This document shows, piece after piece, positions 26,101-39,313 of a stretch of 64,000 bases of DNA. A program made the position numbers and the translations under genes. Source of the stretch: Eledone cirrhosa (taxonomy: Eukaryota). The stretch spans positions 20,088,001-20,152,000 of the forward strand of contig OZ024745.1 in NCBI GenBank assembly GCA_964016885.1, read 5' to 3'. The notes below the pieces were generated by a model. That model did not search any database and had not been told where the DNA came from. It saw nothing but the letters and a program-made list of their open reading frames with translations. The first letter of the stretch is position 1, and each line of letters opens with the position of its first letter.

Positions 26101-29100
26101 CCCCAGGCATGCATGGCATATGGAGGACATGGGCACTACCCCAATAGCATGAATCTCCCCAGGCATGCATGGCATATGGAGGACATGGGCACTACCCCAA
26201 TAGCATGAATCTCCCCAGGCATGCATGGCATATGGAGGACATGGGCACTACCCCAATAGCATGAATCTCCCCAGGCATGCATGGCATATGGAGGACATGG
26301 GCACTACCCCAATAGCATGAATCTCCCCAGGCATGCATGGCCCATGGAGGACATGGGCACTACCCCAATAGCATGAATCTCCCCAGGCATGCATGGCATA
26401 TGGAGGACATGGGCACTACCCCAATAGCATGAATCTCCCCAGGCATGCATGGCATATGGAGGACATGGGCACTACCCCAATAGCATGAATCTCCCCAGGC
26501 ATGCATGGCATATGGAGGACATGGGCACTACCCCAATAGCATGAATCTCCCCAGGCATGCATGGCATATGGAGGACATGGGCACTACCCCAATAGCATGA
26601 ATCTCCCCAGGCATGCATGGCCCATGGAGGACATGGGCACTACCCCAATAGCATCAATCTCCCCAGGCATGCATGGCCCATGGAGGACATGGGCACTACC
26701 CCAATAGCATGAATCTCCCCAGGCATGCATGGCATATGGAGGACATGGGCACTACCCCAATAGCATGAATCTCCCCAGGCATGCATGGCATATGGAGGAC
26801 ATGGGCACTACCCCAATAGCATGAATCTCCCCAGGCATGCATGGCATATGGAGGACATGGGCACTACCCCAATAGCATCAATCTCCCCAGGCATGCATGG
26901 CATATGGAGGACATGGGCACTACCCCAATAGCATCAATCTCCCCAGGCATGCATGGCATATGGAGGACATGGGCACTACCCCAATAGCATGAATCTCCCC
27001 AGGCATGCATGGCATATGGAGGACATGGGCACTACCCCAATAGCATGAATCTCCCCAGGCATGCATGGCATATGGAGGACATGGGCACTACCCCAATAGC
27101 ATGAATCTCCCCAGGCATGCATGGCATATGGAGGACATGGGCACTACCCCAATAGCATCAATCTCCCCAGGCATGCATGGCATATGGAGGACATGGGCAC
27201 TACCCCAATAGCATGAATCTCCCCAGGCATGCATGGCATATGGAGGACATGGGCACTACCCCAATAGCATGAATCTCCCCAGGCATGCATGGCCCATGGA
27301 GGACATGGGCACTACCCCAATAGCATGAATCTCCCCAGGCATGCATGGCATATGGAGGACATGGGCACTACCCCAATAGCATCAATCTCCCCAGGCATGC
27401 ATGGCATATGGAGGACATGGGCACTACCCCAATAGCATGAATCTCCCCAGGCATGCATGGCCCATGGAGGACATGGGCACTACCCCAATAGCATGAATCT
27501 CCCCAGGCATGCATGGCATATGGAGGACATGGGCACTACCCCAATAGCATCAATCTCCCCAGGCATGCATGGCATATGGAGGACATGGGCACTACCCCAA
27601 TAGCATGAATCTCCCCAGGCATGCATGGCATATGGAGGACATGGGCACTACCCCAATAGCATCAATCTCCCCAGGCATGCATGGCATATGGAGGACATGG
27701 GCACTACCCCAATAGCATGAATCTCCCCAGGCATGCATGGCCCATGGAGGACATGGGCACTACCCCAATAGCATGAATCTCCCCAGGCATGCATGGCATA
27801 TGGAGGACATGGGCACTACCCCAATAGCATGAATCTCCCCAGGCATGCATGGCCCATGGAGGACATGGGCACTACCCCAATAGCATGAATCTCCCCAGGC
27901 ATGCATGGCATATGGAGGACATGGGCACTACCCCAATAGCATCAATCTCCCCAGGCATGCATGGCATATGGAGGACATGGGCACTACCCCAATAGCATGA
28001 ATCTCCCCAGGCATGCATGGCCCATGGAGGACATGGGCACTACCCCAATAGCATGAATCTCCCCAGGCATGCATGGCATATGGAGGACATGGGCACTACC
28101 CCAATAGCATGAATCTCCCCAGGCATGCATGGCATATGGAGGACATGGGCACTACCCCAATAGCATGAATCTCCCCAGGCATGCATGGCATATGGAGGAC
28201 ATGGGCACTACCCCAATAGCATGAATCTCCCCAGGCATGCATGGCATATGGAGGACATGGGCACTACCCCAATAGCATGAATCTCCCCAGGCATGCATGG
28301 CCCATGGAGGACATGGGCACTACCCCAATAGCATGAATCTCCCCAGGCATGCATGGCATATGGAGGACATGGGCACTACCCCAATAGCATGAATCTCCCC
28401 AGGCATGCATGGCATATGGAGGACATGGGCACTACCCCAATAGCATGAATCTCCCCAGGCATGCATGGCATATGGAGGACATGGGCACTACCCCAATAGC
28501 ATGAATCTCCCCAGGCATGCATGGCATATGGAGGACATGGGCACTACCCCAATAGCATGAATCTCCCCAGGCATGCATGGCCCATGGAGGACATGGGCAC
28601 TACCCCAATAGCATCAATCTCCCCAGGCATGCATGGCCCATGGAGGACATGGGCACTACCCCAATAGCATGAATCTCCCCAGGCATGCATGGCATATGGA
28701 GGACATGGGCACTACCCCAATAGCATGAATCTCCCCAGGCATGCATGGCATATGGAGGACATGGGCACTACCCCAATAGCATGAATCTCCCCAGGCATGC
28801 ATGGCATATGGAGGACATGGGCACTACCCCAATAGCATCAATCTCCCCAGGCATGCATGGCATATGGAGGACATGGGCACTACCCCAATAGCATCAATCT
28901 CCCCAGGCATGCATGGCATATGGAGGACATGGGCACTACCCCAATAGCATGAATCTCCCCAGGCATGCATGGCATATGGAGGACATGGGCACTACCCCAA
29001 TAGCATGAATCTCCCCAGGCATGCATGGCATATGGAGGACATGGGCACTACCCCAATAGCATGAATCTCCCCAGGCATGCATGGCATATGGAGGACATGG

Positions 29101-29328
29101 GCACTACCCCAATAGCATCAATCTCCCCAGGCATGCATGGCATATGGAGGACATGGGCACTACCCCAATAGCATGAATCTCCCCAGGCATGCATGGCATA
29201 TGGAGGACATGGGCACTACCCCAATAGCATCAATCTCCCCAGGCATGCATGGCATATGGAGGACATGGGCACTACCCCAATAGCATGAATCTCCCCAGGC
29301 ATGCATGGCCCATGGAGGACATGGGCAC
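23121..29328. repeat. 56-bp minisatellite, about 111 units
   Basis: Unit CAATAGCATGAATCTCCCCAGGCATGCATGGCATATGGAGGACATGGGCACTACCC with two dimorphic sites; no spacers. Confidence 0.99.
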
Positions 29329-29361
29329 CCCCCCCCCCCCCCCAAAAAAAAAAAAATTGCA

Positions 29362-29399
<38 letters not shown>

Positions 29400-29494
29400 C
29401 ATTCAATGGAAGATTGAGTGCCTTTTCTGAATTAATACAGGATTATCAGATAGTATAAATGAGACAGTATAAATAGGTGATGATGGTGGGGTGG

Positions 29495-29990
29495 GTGGAA
29501 AGAAGTGGAGAGGCATGACATCTGCCTTGTTGCTCATGACTCCCTGAACTAACACAGTTGCTGGAAAGGTTGTGTGCATGACCATTGAAATGTCTTTAGG
29601 ATCTCTACATGTCATTCATTTGGTCCTGATCAAAGTTTTTCTCATCAGAGGAAAAACTAAAATATTCCAGTCTCAACTTGTTCAACAGGCTCTTTACGTG
29701 GATCAGAGAGTGTTCTTGCAGACATGAATTGGGTCTCTTCATCACATACAACTTAAAGGTGTTAAAGTGGCTCTAATTGACTTTCTCGAGTTCTTATCGC
29801 TAAATTTCTGCACTTTTTGTACAAATTTGTGTGTTCTGATAGTATTAGGACACTTAGCAAGTGTTTTACATTTGGCTATTACTATAAAATCCCATTTAGT
29901 AGCTTCTAGTTCTTTGCGAATTTTGACAACAAATGACTGTGCAATTTTCAGGAAGCGAGCAATCTCTAAATCACTATGCTCCATCTTTAA
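29495..29990 (-). pseudogene. Tc1/mariner-superfamily transposase remnant
   Basis: HTH-like LEIARFLKIAQSFVVKIRKEL, then FSSDEKNFDQDQ (first catalytic D) and VMHTTFPATVLV.GVMSN.ADVMPLHFF across frames. Confidence 0.8.
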
Positions 29991-30132
29991 GGGCTCCAGT
30001 GTGCCTTTTCATTTGCTGAGTTAACTTGATATTATCTTATTGTCATGATATATCTGAAAAAGAAATGATAATCAGAACAAGTTAGAAAGTGAGACCTGTT
30101 AAAAGACATGTCTTCAAAGAACTGAGCAGCCT

Positions 30133-30193
<61 letters not shown>

Positions 30194-31030
30194 CTCTCTC
30201 TCTCTCTCTGCATGCGTGTGTGCCCATGGGCGCACAAAGTGTCCGTTTATAATTAGGGAAGAAATCATATATGACATATTATCATAAGAACTCTATTCTT
30301 ATCAGTTCTACCTATGACTCAATGCAGAAATAATAAATCAATTCCTTAGAAGTCTGTCAAAGATTAACATTTGTTTACTTCACTATGTTTCATTCTGTTT
30401 TTCCATCAATGCTTTTGTAAATGGCTGCCTTCTCTTTTCAGGGTATCTAATTAATTTACTTCCATCTGTTTGCAGACATTGTAGAAAACATGAGTTATTA
30501 TTATTGTTATAATTATTGTTTCTCACACTCTTAACTTGATTCCCCAAACTTTTTCATAACATTTGATTGCATTGTACAAATGCTTTTTTTTTGTTGTGTT
30601 TGTTTGTAAACTTTTGGCTAGTTGTGTCAATTTGTTTTAATATGTCTCACACCATTTTCTCATAAATTATTTGTAGTTCTCACTTCATTCATACCAAAAA
30701 CAAAACATTTGGCAAATGTAACATGTTGTAGATTTACCGTTGTTCAATCTAAAATTGTTTCTAATTCATTATTTCAGTGTTAGAATTATCCATAGTAAAA
30801 CTATAAAATAAAATAAAATGAATCTTATTTAATTCTTTACTTTTTAAGATTCTCTCATTAGCATTTGTGAGAAAATCTCCAATTAATTATATAAATCTGA
30901 TGAAATAACACTCCTTGCAGTACACCGTAAACAATGTGTCAGCGGACATTGAACTAGAGGTTACACTTGCTTTCATATTTTACACATCGCTGTATTGACA
31001 GATGTTTGATCAGATATAATGTTATATATA

Positions 31031-31469
31031 TGTTACATGGCAATGAGACATGGGCATTGTGTGCAGAGGATCTGCGCAGACTGGAGAGGAACGAAGCTTG
31101 CATGCTCCGTTGGATGTGTAATAGTAATAATAAACCCCCCCCATCCCATTACCCTTACCCCCACCCCCATCTACACCTAAAGTTATATTGGTGCCACAGC
31201 ATCCAGTCCTAAATAAATGAGGTCGTGTAGGTGTCACGACAAAAAAAAAAAAAACACACAGTCCACGCTGTAATGTGGCCGTGTAGGTAACACGGTAAAA
31301 ACCTCCCAGTCCACACTGTAAATGTGGTTGGTGTTAGGAAGGGCATCCAGCCGTAGAAAACCCGCCAGACAGTCCTATACCAGCAAGACAACCAATCTTG
31401 CCTCACGTGGGACAAATCCTGTCTAAACCCATGCTAGCGTGGAAGATAGACGTTAAACGATGATGATGA
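31031..31469 (+). mobile_element. Internally deleted RTE family 2 fragment
   Basis: LHGNETWALCAEDLRRLERNEACMLRWMCNSN joined directly to the 3' UTR and the GACGTTAAACGATGATG tail; very similar to 14440-15215. Confidence 0.88.
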
Positions 31470-31488
31470 TATATATATATATATATAC

Positions 31489-31730
31489 AGGAACTCCTCA
31501 ACCAATTCTAGCGGCTTCCCGCCTACGTTAGTAATCCCCTCTGGCTTCTCAACATTCTCTACCAGATATTTTGTTTTAGTCTCATTCATTCTCAGCCCCA
31601 CACTCATCGACACAGTCTCAACCTCCTGCATCAAATCCTCTGCCTCCTTCACTGTATTTGTCATCAAAACTATGTCGTCGGCAAATTCAGCATCCAATAT
31701 CTTTTTCGCCTTAACTCTCCTGCTCTGTTA
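31489..31730 (-). mobile_element. RTE-like RT fragment, third family
   Basis: DAEFADDIVLM..VGLRMNETKTKY..LELVEEFLY. Confidence 0.8.
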
Positions 31731-32407
31731 GTTAGTCATAGTACTATATTTTAGAAAGCTGTTTATACAAAAACAAAACACTATTAAGGGGAACAACAAC
31801 AACAAAAAAAGGAAGTGAAAAGAAGAAAAAGAAGAAAAAAAAATCAAGCAACGAAAGAAAGGAAAAGAGAGAGGGTCATACCAGTTTGAGTGGTGCTTTA
31901 GCCACTCTCTGCGGATAAAATGGCAAAGACATTACTGTGGTCAGAGACACCCACTAAAACAGCCATCCTACCTCATGGTGCTCCCTCTTCAAGTGGATCA
32001 CCATCTTTTTGATTTTACAGAGGAAATCAGCAATGTGGGGAACAAGGACATCAGATGTCTTGATGGAGATTGGTACAAAGAAGAAGCGATTGGTCAGGCT
32101 CCATTATTTAACAATCTTCCTCTCCTCTGCATTATGGGCAGCAGAGCCCGGTTTTGTGGCAGAAGTGACAGGGTTGGAGTTAAAAGTTTGATAAATTCAC
32201 CACCACCATCATCAAATAAAAACTCTCTTGTAATATAAATATAGTCTCTCTTAAATTTGGTGAGGTTTTTTTAAATGTTTGTGCTGCATACATAACTGCC
32301 AATCCATCTATATTTCTGGTTCTATCCCCAAATAATAATTGCGACAAATATTTATTCAGAATAACAATATAATTTCCCTAAATCTTTTTCTGTTTTCTCT
32401 TTTGCAG

Positions 32408-32556
32408 AAGAGCTAGCAACATACCTACGTTATGTACGTCGCCTAGACTTTTTCGAAACTCCAGATTATGAATACTTGCGAAAATTGTTCACAGATCTCA
32501 TGAACAGAATGAACATTAAATGTGATTGGGAATTTGATTGGACTGGACGACAGTTG
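32408..32556 (+). CDS. CSNK1G: Casein kinase I gamma, coding exon (end of kinase domain)
   Basis: ttttgcag|...|gtgagt; (E)[49 protein letters not shown]; phase 1-0, in frame with 8658-8828. Confidence 0.98.
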
Positions 32557-32604
32557 GTGAGTTTTAGAAACCGATATGTTGGTCAGCTAACATTTATTTT
32601 TAAA

Positions 32605-32650
<46 letters not shown>

Positions 32651-33379
32651 TCAGGATGGAAAATCTATTGAGTTTAAATGATTGTTGTAGAATATTCAGT
32701 TTTTACATTGACTTTGCTCTCTAATTATTATATTACATTTGGGATTGGGCAAAGGATATGTTGTCATAGCATAGCTTAGAATTTGTCTATTTTCTAAAAA
32801 TCTTAATACCTTACTGTCACCACCTCAGTATATACACTCAGTTTCTGTAGAAAATACGACTTTATGTTTCATATATTAAGAATGGAATGTTATATTGAGA
32901 TGGTGAAACATGGTTCATCCAAATTCGAAGTCCTGTTAAATGGCGCTCTGTATATGTGTCATAAAGTTTGAAGAAATAGATTTCCAAGTAGCTCAGGCAA
33001 ACAAAGAAACATCTTTTGAAATGGGATCATAAAATGACATCTGTGTAGCTGTAAGGATTAGTTATAAAAATGTAGTCAGCACAGAAATTTGTTTAATTAA
33101 TATTGGTCAGTTGTGACATTTTTTCCATCAATTTATCTAGCCAGATGTTTAATGGTGAGTTAATTTCATCATCACCTTGTTAGAGAATAGATTTAGGAAT
33201 AATCTGGTGTTGTTATATCAATTAGTAAGTGATACAATTTAAAAATCTCTCTTATATAATAAGCACTAAGAGAATATAATAATATGAGAGCTGAGCTGGA
33301 GGCTCTCTATGTTAGACTTATGGAATTTAAAAGGGTGCCCTGGGTTGTTGTTGGAAAGATGGTTAATAATCTTGTGGGT

Positions 33380-33885
33380 GGCTCTGACATCTAGCAACTC
33401 ACTTGGTAGACTCCCACAAGATTATTAACCATCTTTCCAACAACTGTGGGTACCTTTTTGTATTCCATGTCTCTAACACCTGTGAACATGCTTACAAAAT
33501 CAGAAAACAGTACAACTCCCATGAATTTCGGAAACATTTTTTCACATTCACAGTTGCTGAAGTATGGAATAAACTACCTGCATCAGTTGTTAGCTGTCGG
33601 GACACTGCATCCTTCAAAACCTCCATTGCTTCATGAAATTTGCCAACACTACACCTGATGTTCCTCCTCCATACAGATGCACACATGTGTGTGTGTCTGT
33701 CATCATCATCATCATCGTTTAACGTCCATCTTCCATGCTAGCATGGGTTAGACGATGTATATATATATATATATATATCATGACTCATACACTGTTCACT
33801 TTCCTGTCTTTCCTCTACATACTATACATGCATCTATGATGAGTTGTGGTGCACCTGAGCACTGTACACAATAATATTCATTATA
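33380..33885 (+). mobile_element. CR1/L2-type LINE 3' fragment with a nested RTE-tail piece (about 33700-33756)
   Basis: HAYKIRKQYNSHEFRKHFF..WNKLP motif and the shared 3' UTR. Confidence 0.75.
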
Positions 33886-33974
33886 GTCTCATGAAATCTG
33901 AAAATTTTGTTCAGAATTACCTGAAGAAAGTTTCTTAACTGTCAAAACTAAAGAACACTAAAATGAAACTTTTG

Positions 33975-34317
33975 ATTTCCATGTGTCTAACACACGTGGG
34001 CATGCCTACAAAGTCAGAAAACAGCACAGCTCCCATGACTTTCGGAAACATTTTTACATGCTCAAAGTTGACAAAGCATGGAACAAACTACCTGCATCAG
34101 TTGTTAGCTGTCGAGACACTGCATCCTTTAAAACCTCCATGCTTCCTGGGATTCGCCAACACTACACCTGATTTCCCCCCTCCATACACACATGTATTTC
34201 ATGTATCGTACACTGTTCACTTTCCTGACATTTGTACATTACTCTATGTACTATACATGCACCTTTCATGAGTTGTAGTGCACCTGAGCACTGTACACAA
34301 TAATATCATTATTATTA
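33975..34317 (+). mobile_element. CR1/L2-type LINE 3' fragment
   Basis: TRGHAYKVRKQHSSHDFRKHF..AWNKLP; (ATT)n tail. Confidence 0.8.
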
Positions 34318-34352
34318 AAATAAAGAAATCATTATTATTATTATTACTATAA

Positions 34353-34545
34353 GGGTCGGTGGATTGGCAGTATCGGTAGAGAGTCGGACACCATGCTTTG
34401 AAGCATAGAGTTACGTCCCTTTATGATCTGAGTTCAAATCCCGCCGAGGTTAACTTTGCTTTTCATCCTTACGGGGTCGATAAAATAAAGTACTAGTAAT
34501 TTACTGGGTAATTGCTGGCCTTGTGCCTAAAATAGAAACAACAAT
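34353..34545 (+). mobile_element. tRNA-derived SINE family A, full-length
   Basis: A-box-like TGGCAGTATCGG, B-box GAGTTCAAATCC, core GGGGTCGATAAAATAAAGTAC. Confidence 0.88.
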
Positions 34546-37500
34546 TATTATTATTATTATTTGAAAATACATTTTGTCCATTTTAATTTGAAGTGGGTGA
34601 GGGGACATATCCATATCAAAATCCAGTTATATATGGTTAAGTTAGTGAATACATTATCAAGAGAACATTTTATTCTTCTGTATTTTTCAAGCAATGAAAA
34701 GCTTTAGCATCTGGTCAAACAGTTGTTAAAGTAACATATACTTTACATAATATTTTTTGATCAAAACTTACAAGCTGACTTTAACTAAACTTTAATTACT
34801 ATGACAATGGGAGATTAATACTAGTAGCAGTAGCTGCATCAGCAGCAGTAGTAGTAGTATCTTCAGTCTATTACTTGCTTTAATTAAAAATAAGGAAATT
34901 ACTGAAGAATATTTTTGATAAGAAGTTGTTTTTTTTATCTTTGCATACATTGACTAGAAAATTCATTAAAATTGATATGTATATTTTATTACTGGTTTGA
35001 AATGAAGCTTTAATTTTAATTATGACTGTTAAAAGATCTCCAAGACATTTAGACTGGTTTGATGAAGTATTTTATTTGCTAGATCTAGCTTTAGCAGTCT
35101 CGGTTTTAAGAGCTGTCATTTAATTGTAAACATTTTAGATAAAACTACAGAATTTGAATGCGTCTTCAATTTTGTTTTAAATATAATGATTTAAAAAAAA
35201 AATTGCTTCTTATATTTTTCTATATAAATACAGATATAAACTACAGTTAAATAATTTTAGTGGTAGTAATTAAATGTTAGTTTTCTGCTTTACTGGCTCA
35301 ACAGCCTATTGGAAACATAACTAATTAAATATTTTCTAATTAAAACTTGTCTTGTCTTGAACTGTTGCAGAATAATTAAATTGTGTATTTATCTAGAGGC
35401 AATGAAGGGAATCACTAAATAGCTAAATGTCATTGAAAAGATATACTAAAAATGTTTGTTTTTCGGCTCTTGTTGTTTCTATTCATGACTAGTTGATTAA
35501 ATATGAATGCAAACTACAAACTATGTTGATATGATATATAAGTTATGTGTATGCATGGTGGTTTCTTCTTTTTTTTTTTCTTTAATTTTCTTTATCTTTT
35601 TAATTTCAACTTTATATCTTTTTTATTGTGCCAAATTCTCTCTGCATTACATTTAATACCTTCTCTTCACAGCATTATGGCACGCCATCATTTTCTCTTG
35701 TATTTCTATGCTGGCATGGTTTATAAACTCAGCTTCTCTACCATTCTCCACATTGCCATTCCTTAGCCTTATATATTCATTTCCTCCTCCTCTTCTTCTT
35801 TTTCTTCTTTGCCCACTTATTCCTGAGAGGGTAGTGAGGGCAGAGTCCTCAAACACTCCTTCCAGCAGGTCCTGTCAGAAGCAACTGTCTCTAACTGATC
35901 CGACTGGATCCCAAATCAAGACCAGTCAAGCTCATGGATGTTATCCAACCATCTTGCTCGGGGTCTAATTTGTTAAATCAAATAACTAACTACTTTATTT
36001 TCTGTCAGAGATTTTTCATAATTTTTTTCTCCCTTGACGTTCTTCTGTGCCTCCTGTGTTCACTGTATCTTCTTCATACAGTTATCTTATTTTTTGTTAT
36101 CATTGACAGCAGATAATACTTGCATTCTTCATATAATATCTTCATTGATCATTATAGAATATTCTCATTGCATTATCTACTCTTTAGAATTGATGTTATC
36201 ATTGTTTGAAATGGATGTAAAAACAACAATGACTGACGATAATTCTTGACACTCACAAATTCTTGACACTCACTAAACAATAAGACTAAACTTCTTTTGT
36301 TCATTTTCTTGATAATACTGGTCCTATATTAGTACTGTTACACCTGGCTGCATTGTGACACACATTATACTGTCTCTAAAATAGAAATCAAATTAATTCT
36401 AACCATCCTGATTTTAAAAATCTAATCTTATTTGGATCTCCCCCTCCCCTTCAATATGCTTTGTTCTGTATATTGATATATTCTTCCATAAATAATCTTT
36501 ATAAGAAACTTGGAAGCATAATTCTCCTAATTTGATCAGTTTATGAATAGATGCATGATCAGTATACCAATAAAGCCACTGCATTTGGAATGATTCACAT
36601 GGCTGCTTCGCTTATTAAAAATTGAACTTCTACCCACTTCTGGTCTGCATATCATGGGGTCTATTTCTGAGGCTTTGAATTTCTGGCTACTCTTAAATAA
36701 TACTTTAGTTTTTTGAATCACAGACTGCTTTTTTGTGTTTTATGTGTATATATATAGGAAGGTAAGAAACCCGGGTGTGATGCCTAGCGGTCCCGGCTTG
36801 TATTCGGCAAGCAATTTCAAGGGTGTACTCCCTGATTTGTGGTCTCCCTAGTGTTGGCACCATAGACTATAAATGTATATAGCCCAACTAATATTGGGGG
36901 TAGAAGTTATTCCTACATTAAATATATCTATAAATATGCCCTCTCAGAAATCCATTACAGCTTATTCAACAGTCTTCTTTCAGGAAGAAAATATACACAA
37001 GGTTAGAATAAAACTTTAATCTTTGCTTAATTTTATTTTGAATTGTTCGGTGCATTTATTAACAACCCTCATCATTTAACTCCAGAGATTATCATATTTT
37101 GGTAATAACATTTCTCATTGTATCAATAATTTCTTGATAGAACTTAATGATACCTAGACCTAGCAGTCCAGCAATTATTATTATTAGAAATCAGTAGACC
37201 ATACACCTTCACTCATGTTTAATTTGACTGGTACTATATATATTAAATATATCTATAAATATATCTATATATATTCTCATGCTCTCCTTCAAAACAACAT
37301 TGTCTTATCTTTGTCCTTTTATAGTTCATTTAATTTGTTCTTTTCAATACACCTTCTTGCATTTGTTATTTCTGTTGAAAATGTGTCGTAGTGGTTGAAA
37401 TTCGTCTATGAATTATGCATAAATTTGTTATTCTGGTGTCTGTTCAAATGTCTTGCTATGTCGGGATAATATATATTTTTAATTTATAATATATATTTGT

Positions 37501-38042
37501 GATGGATTAACTTATTTGTTGCAAGATATTAATTACTGCAAAGTATTGAAAATTAGCTTACTGAAATATTTATATCTCCCATGCACACATACTCTCAAAC
37601 ACTTTATAAGCCTAAGCCATGTGTACATTTTCATTAATAGTAGATTGTATATCTTTATTTATTTATTTATTTATTTATATATATATATATATGTATGTAT
37701 ATGTATATCATCATCATCATCATTTTACGTCTGCTTTTTCCTGCTTGCAAGGGTGGGATGGGAACTGATTCTGGCTTGATTTCTACAGCTGGATGCCCTT
37801 CCTAACACCAACCTCACTTACAGTAAGTGCTGGGTGTTTTTTTGCCGTGGCACCTCTACGACCACTTTGCAGAGGAATGATAGGGACCCCCAGTCCTATC
37901 ATCCCATTTCTACAACTGAGTAAACTGGAGCAATATGAAATAAAGTGTCTTGCTCAAGGAAACAACACATCACCCAGTCTCAGAATTGAACTCACAACCT
38001 TTCGATTGCAAGGCCAATGCTCTAACCACTAAGCCACATGAT

Positions 38043-38226
<184 letters not shown>

Positions 38227-38502
38227 TTAGGAAAGTGACAGTTAAATGTAACCTCAATTTTGAAGAGGAGGAAATACTATTTTCTTATGAAGAGATTTAT
38301 TCAAGGGGAGCTAACTTGAATTATTTTATGAAACCAGTATTTAGTAGCTTAAACTCTATTATTTTTTATTTATATTACATTGTTTTTTTTTTTCTTCCTT
38401 TAAAAAAAATTTTTTTTTTAAATTCTAAAATAGCAATTGGATAATGTTGACAAATTAATAGCTTCAACGTTTATTTATTAACTAACTCCTCTCCGTTACC
38501 AG

Positions 38503-38538
38503 GTAAACAGGACAAGCAACCGCCAAACAGAAGTTAAG
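38503..38538 (+). CDS. Candidate 36-nt cassette microexon of CK1 gamma (VNRTSNRQTEVK)
   Basis: Branch point ACTAAC, pyrimidine tract and CAG acceptor; AAG|gtaatc donor; phase 0-0 and open, matching the flanking exons. No homology support. Confidence 0.55.
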
Positions 38539-39015
38539 GTAATCTCTCTGTGCATTTATCTTTCAAAGCCAACCAGATATCTTCACTTAATTAGAGTGAC
38601 TCAGTAGTAGTTCAGCATCCCTCTTCACTTTCCTGTGCACATAGATACCAACAGAAGAATCACTACTTTCTCAGAATTACAGTATCAAGAATATATTTAC
38701 TCTTGGTTGTATTCTTCCACAGCACTTTAGCAAAAGAAGGAAAGATTTGTGCAAACTTAACAAAATATACTCTTATTTCTATCTATACTCTGCTGCTTAC
38801 CATAACTAGATAGAAATGTATTTAAAAAAAAAAAGATTTTCTTATTAAAGGTTGATGGGAAATTTAACATTTACTCATATTTTGGTATGGGCTATCAATA
38901 ATAGATCTCTTAACACTTTTTCTTTCTTTCAATTGCCATGCTTCCTAATCTTTTAATATTGAACTATTAATATATTTATTTTGCTAAGGCAGTCATCAGT
39001 GGGATTTCACTTCTA

Positions 39016-39019
<4 letters not shown>

Positions 39020-39081
<62 letters not shown>

Positions 39082-39083
39082 AC

Positions 39084-39116
<33 letters not shown>
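39020..39116. repeat. (CA)n microsatellite
   Basis: Direct reading. Confidence 0.95.
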
Positions 39117-39119
<3 letters not shown>

Positions 39120-39255
39120 CATACACGTTCTCTCTCTCACTCTCTCTGTTTAGTTCTCTCATTTTATTTGCTTGAATATCAGTTTTTGGTTCATGATGTG
39201 ATAGACTATATCTCTAAATTATATGTTTCAGTGTGTCTGTATGTGTGCTGAGCAG

Positions 39256-39313
<58 letters not shown>

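Noticed and set aside
23121-29328. CRISPR array or coding repeat
   Set aside because: No unique spacers, no cas genes, eukaryotic context; 56 is not a multiple of 3.
31867-32220. Possible L1/Tx1 3' fragment or exon
   Set aside because: GC-richer stretch, but no motif or splice signal I could firmly recognise.
33915-33960. Hammerhead-like CTGAAGA..AAAAC
   Set aside because: Stem II register is wrong, GAAA is absent, and there is no convincing stem I or III.
34353-34445. tRNA gene
   Set aside because: A/B-box-like motifs belong to multi-copy SINE heads; no cloverleaf could be built.
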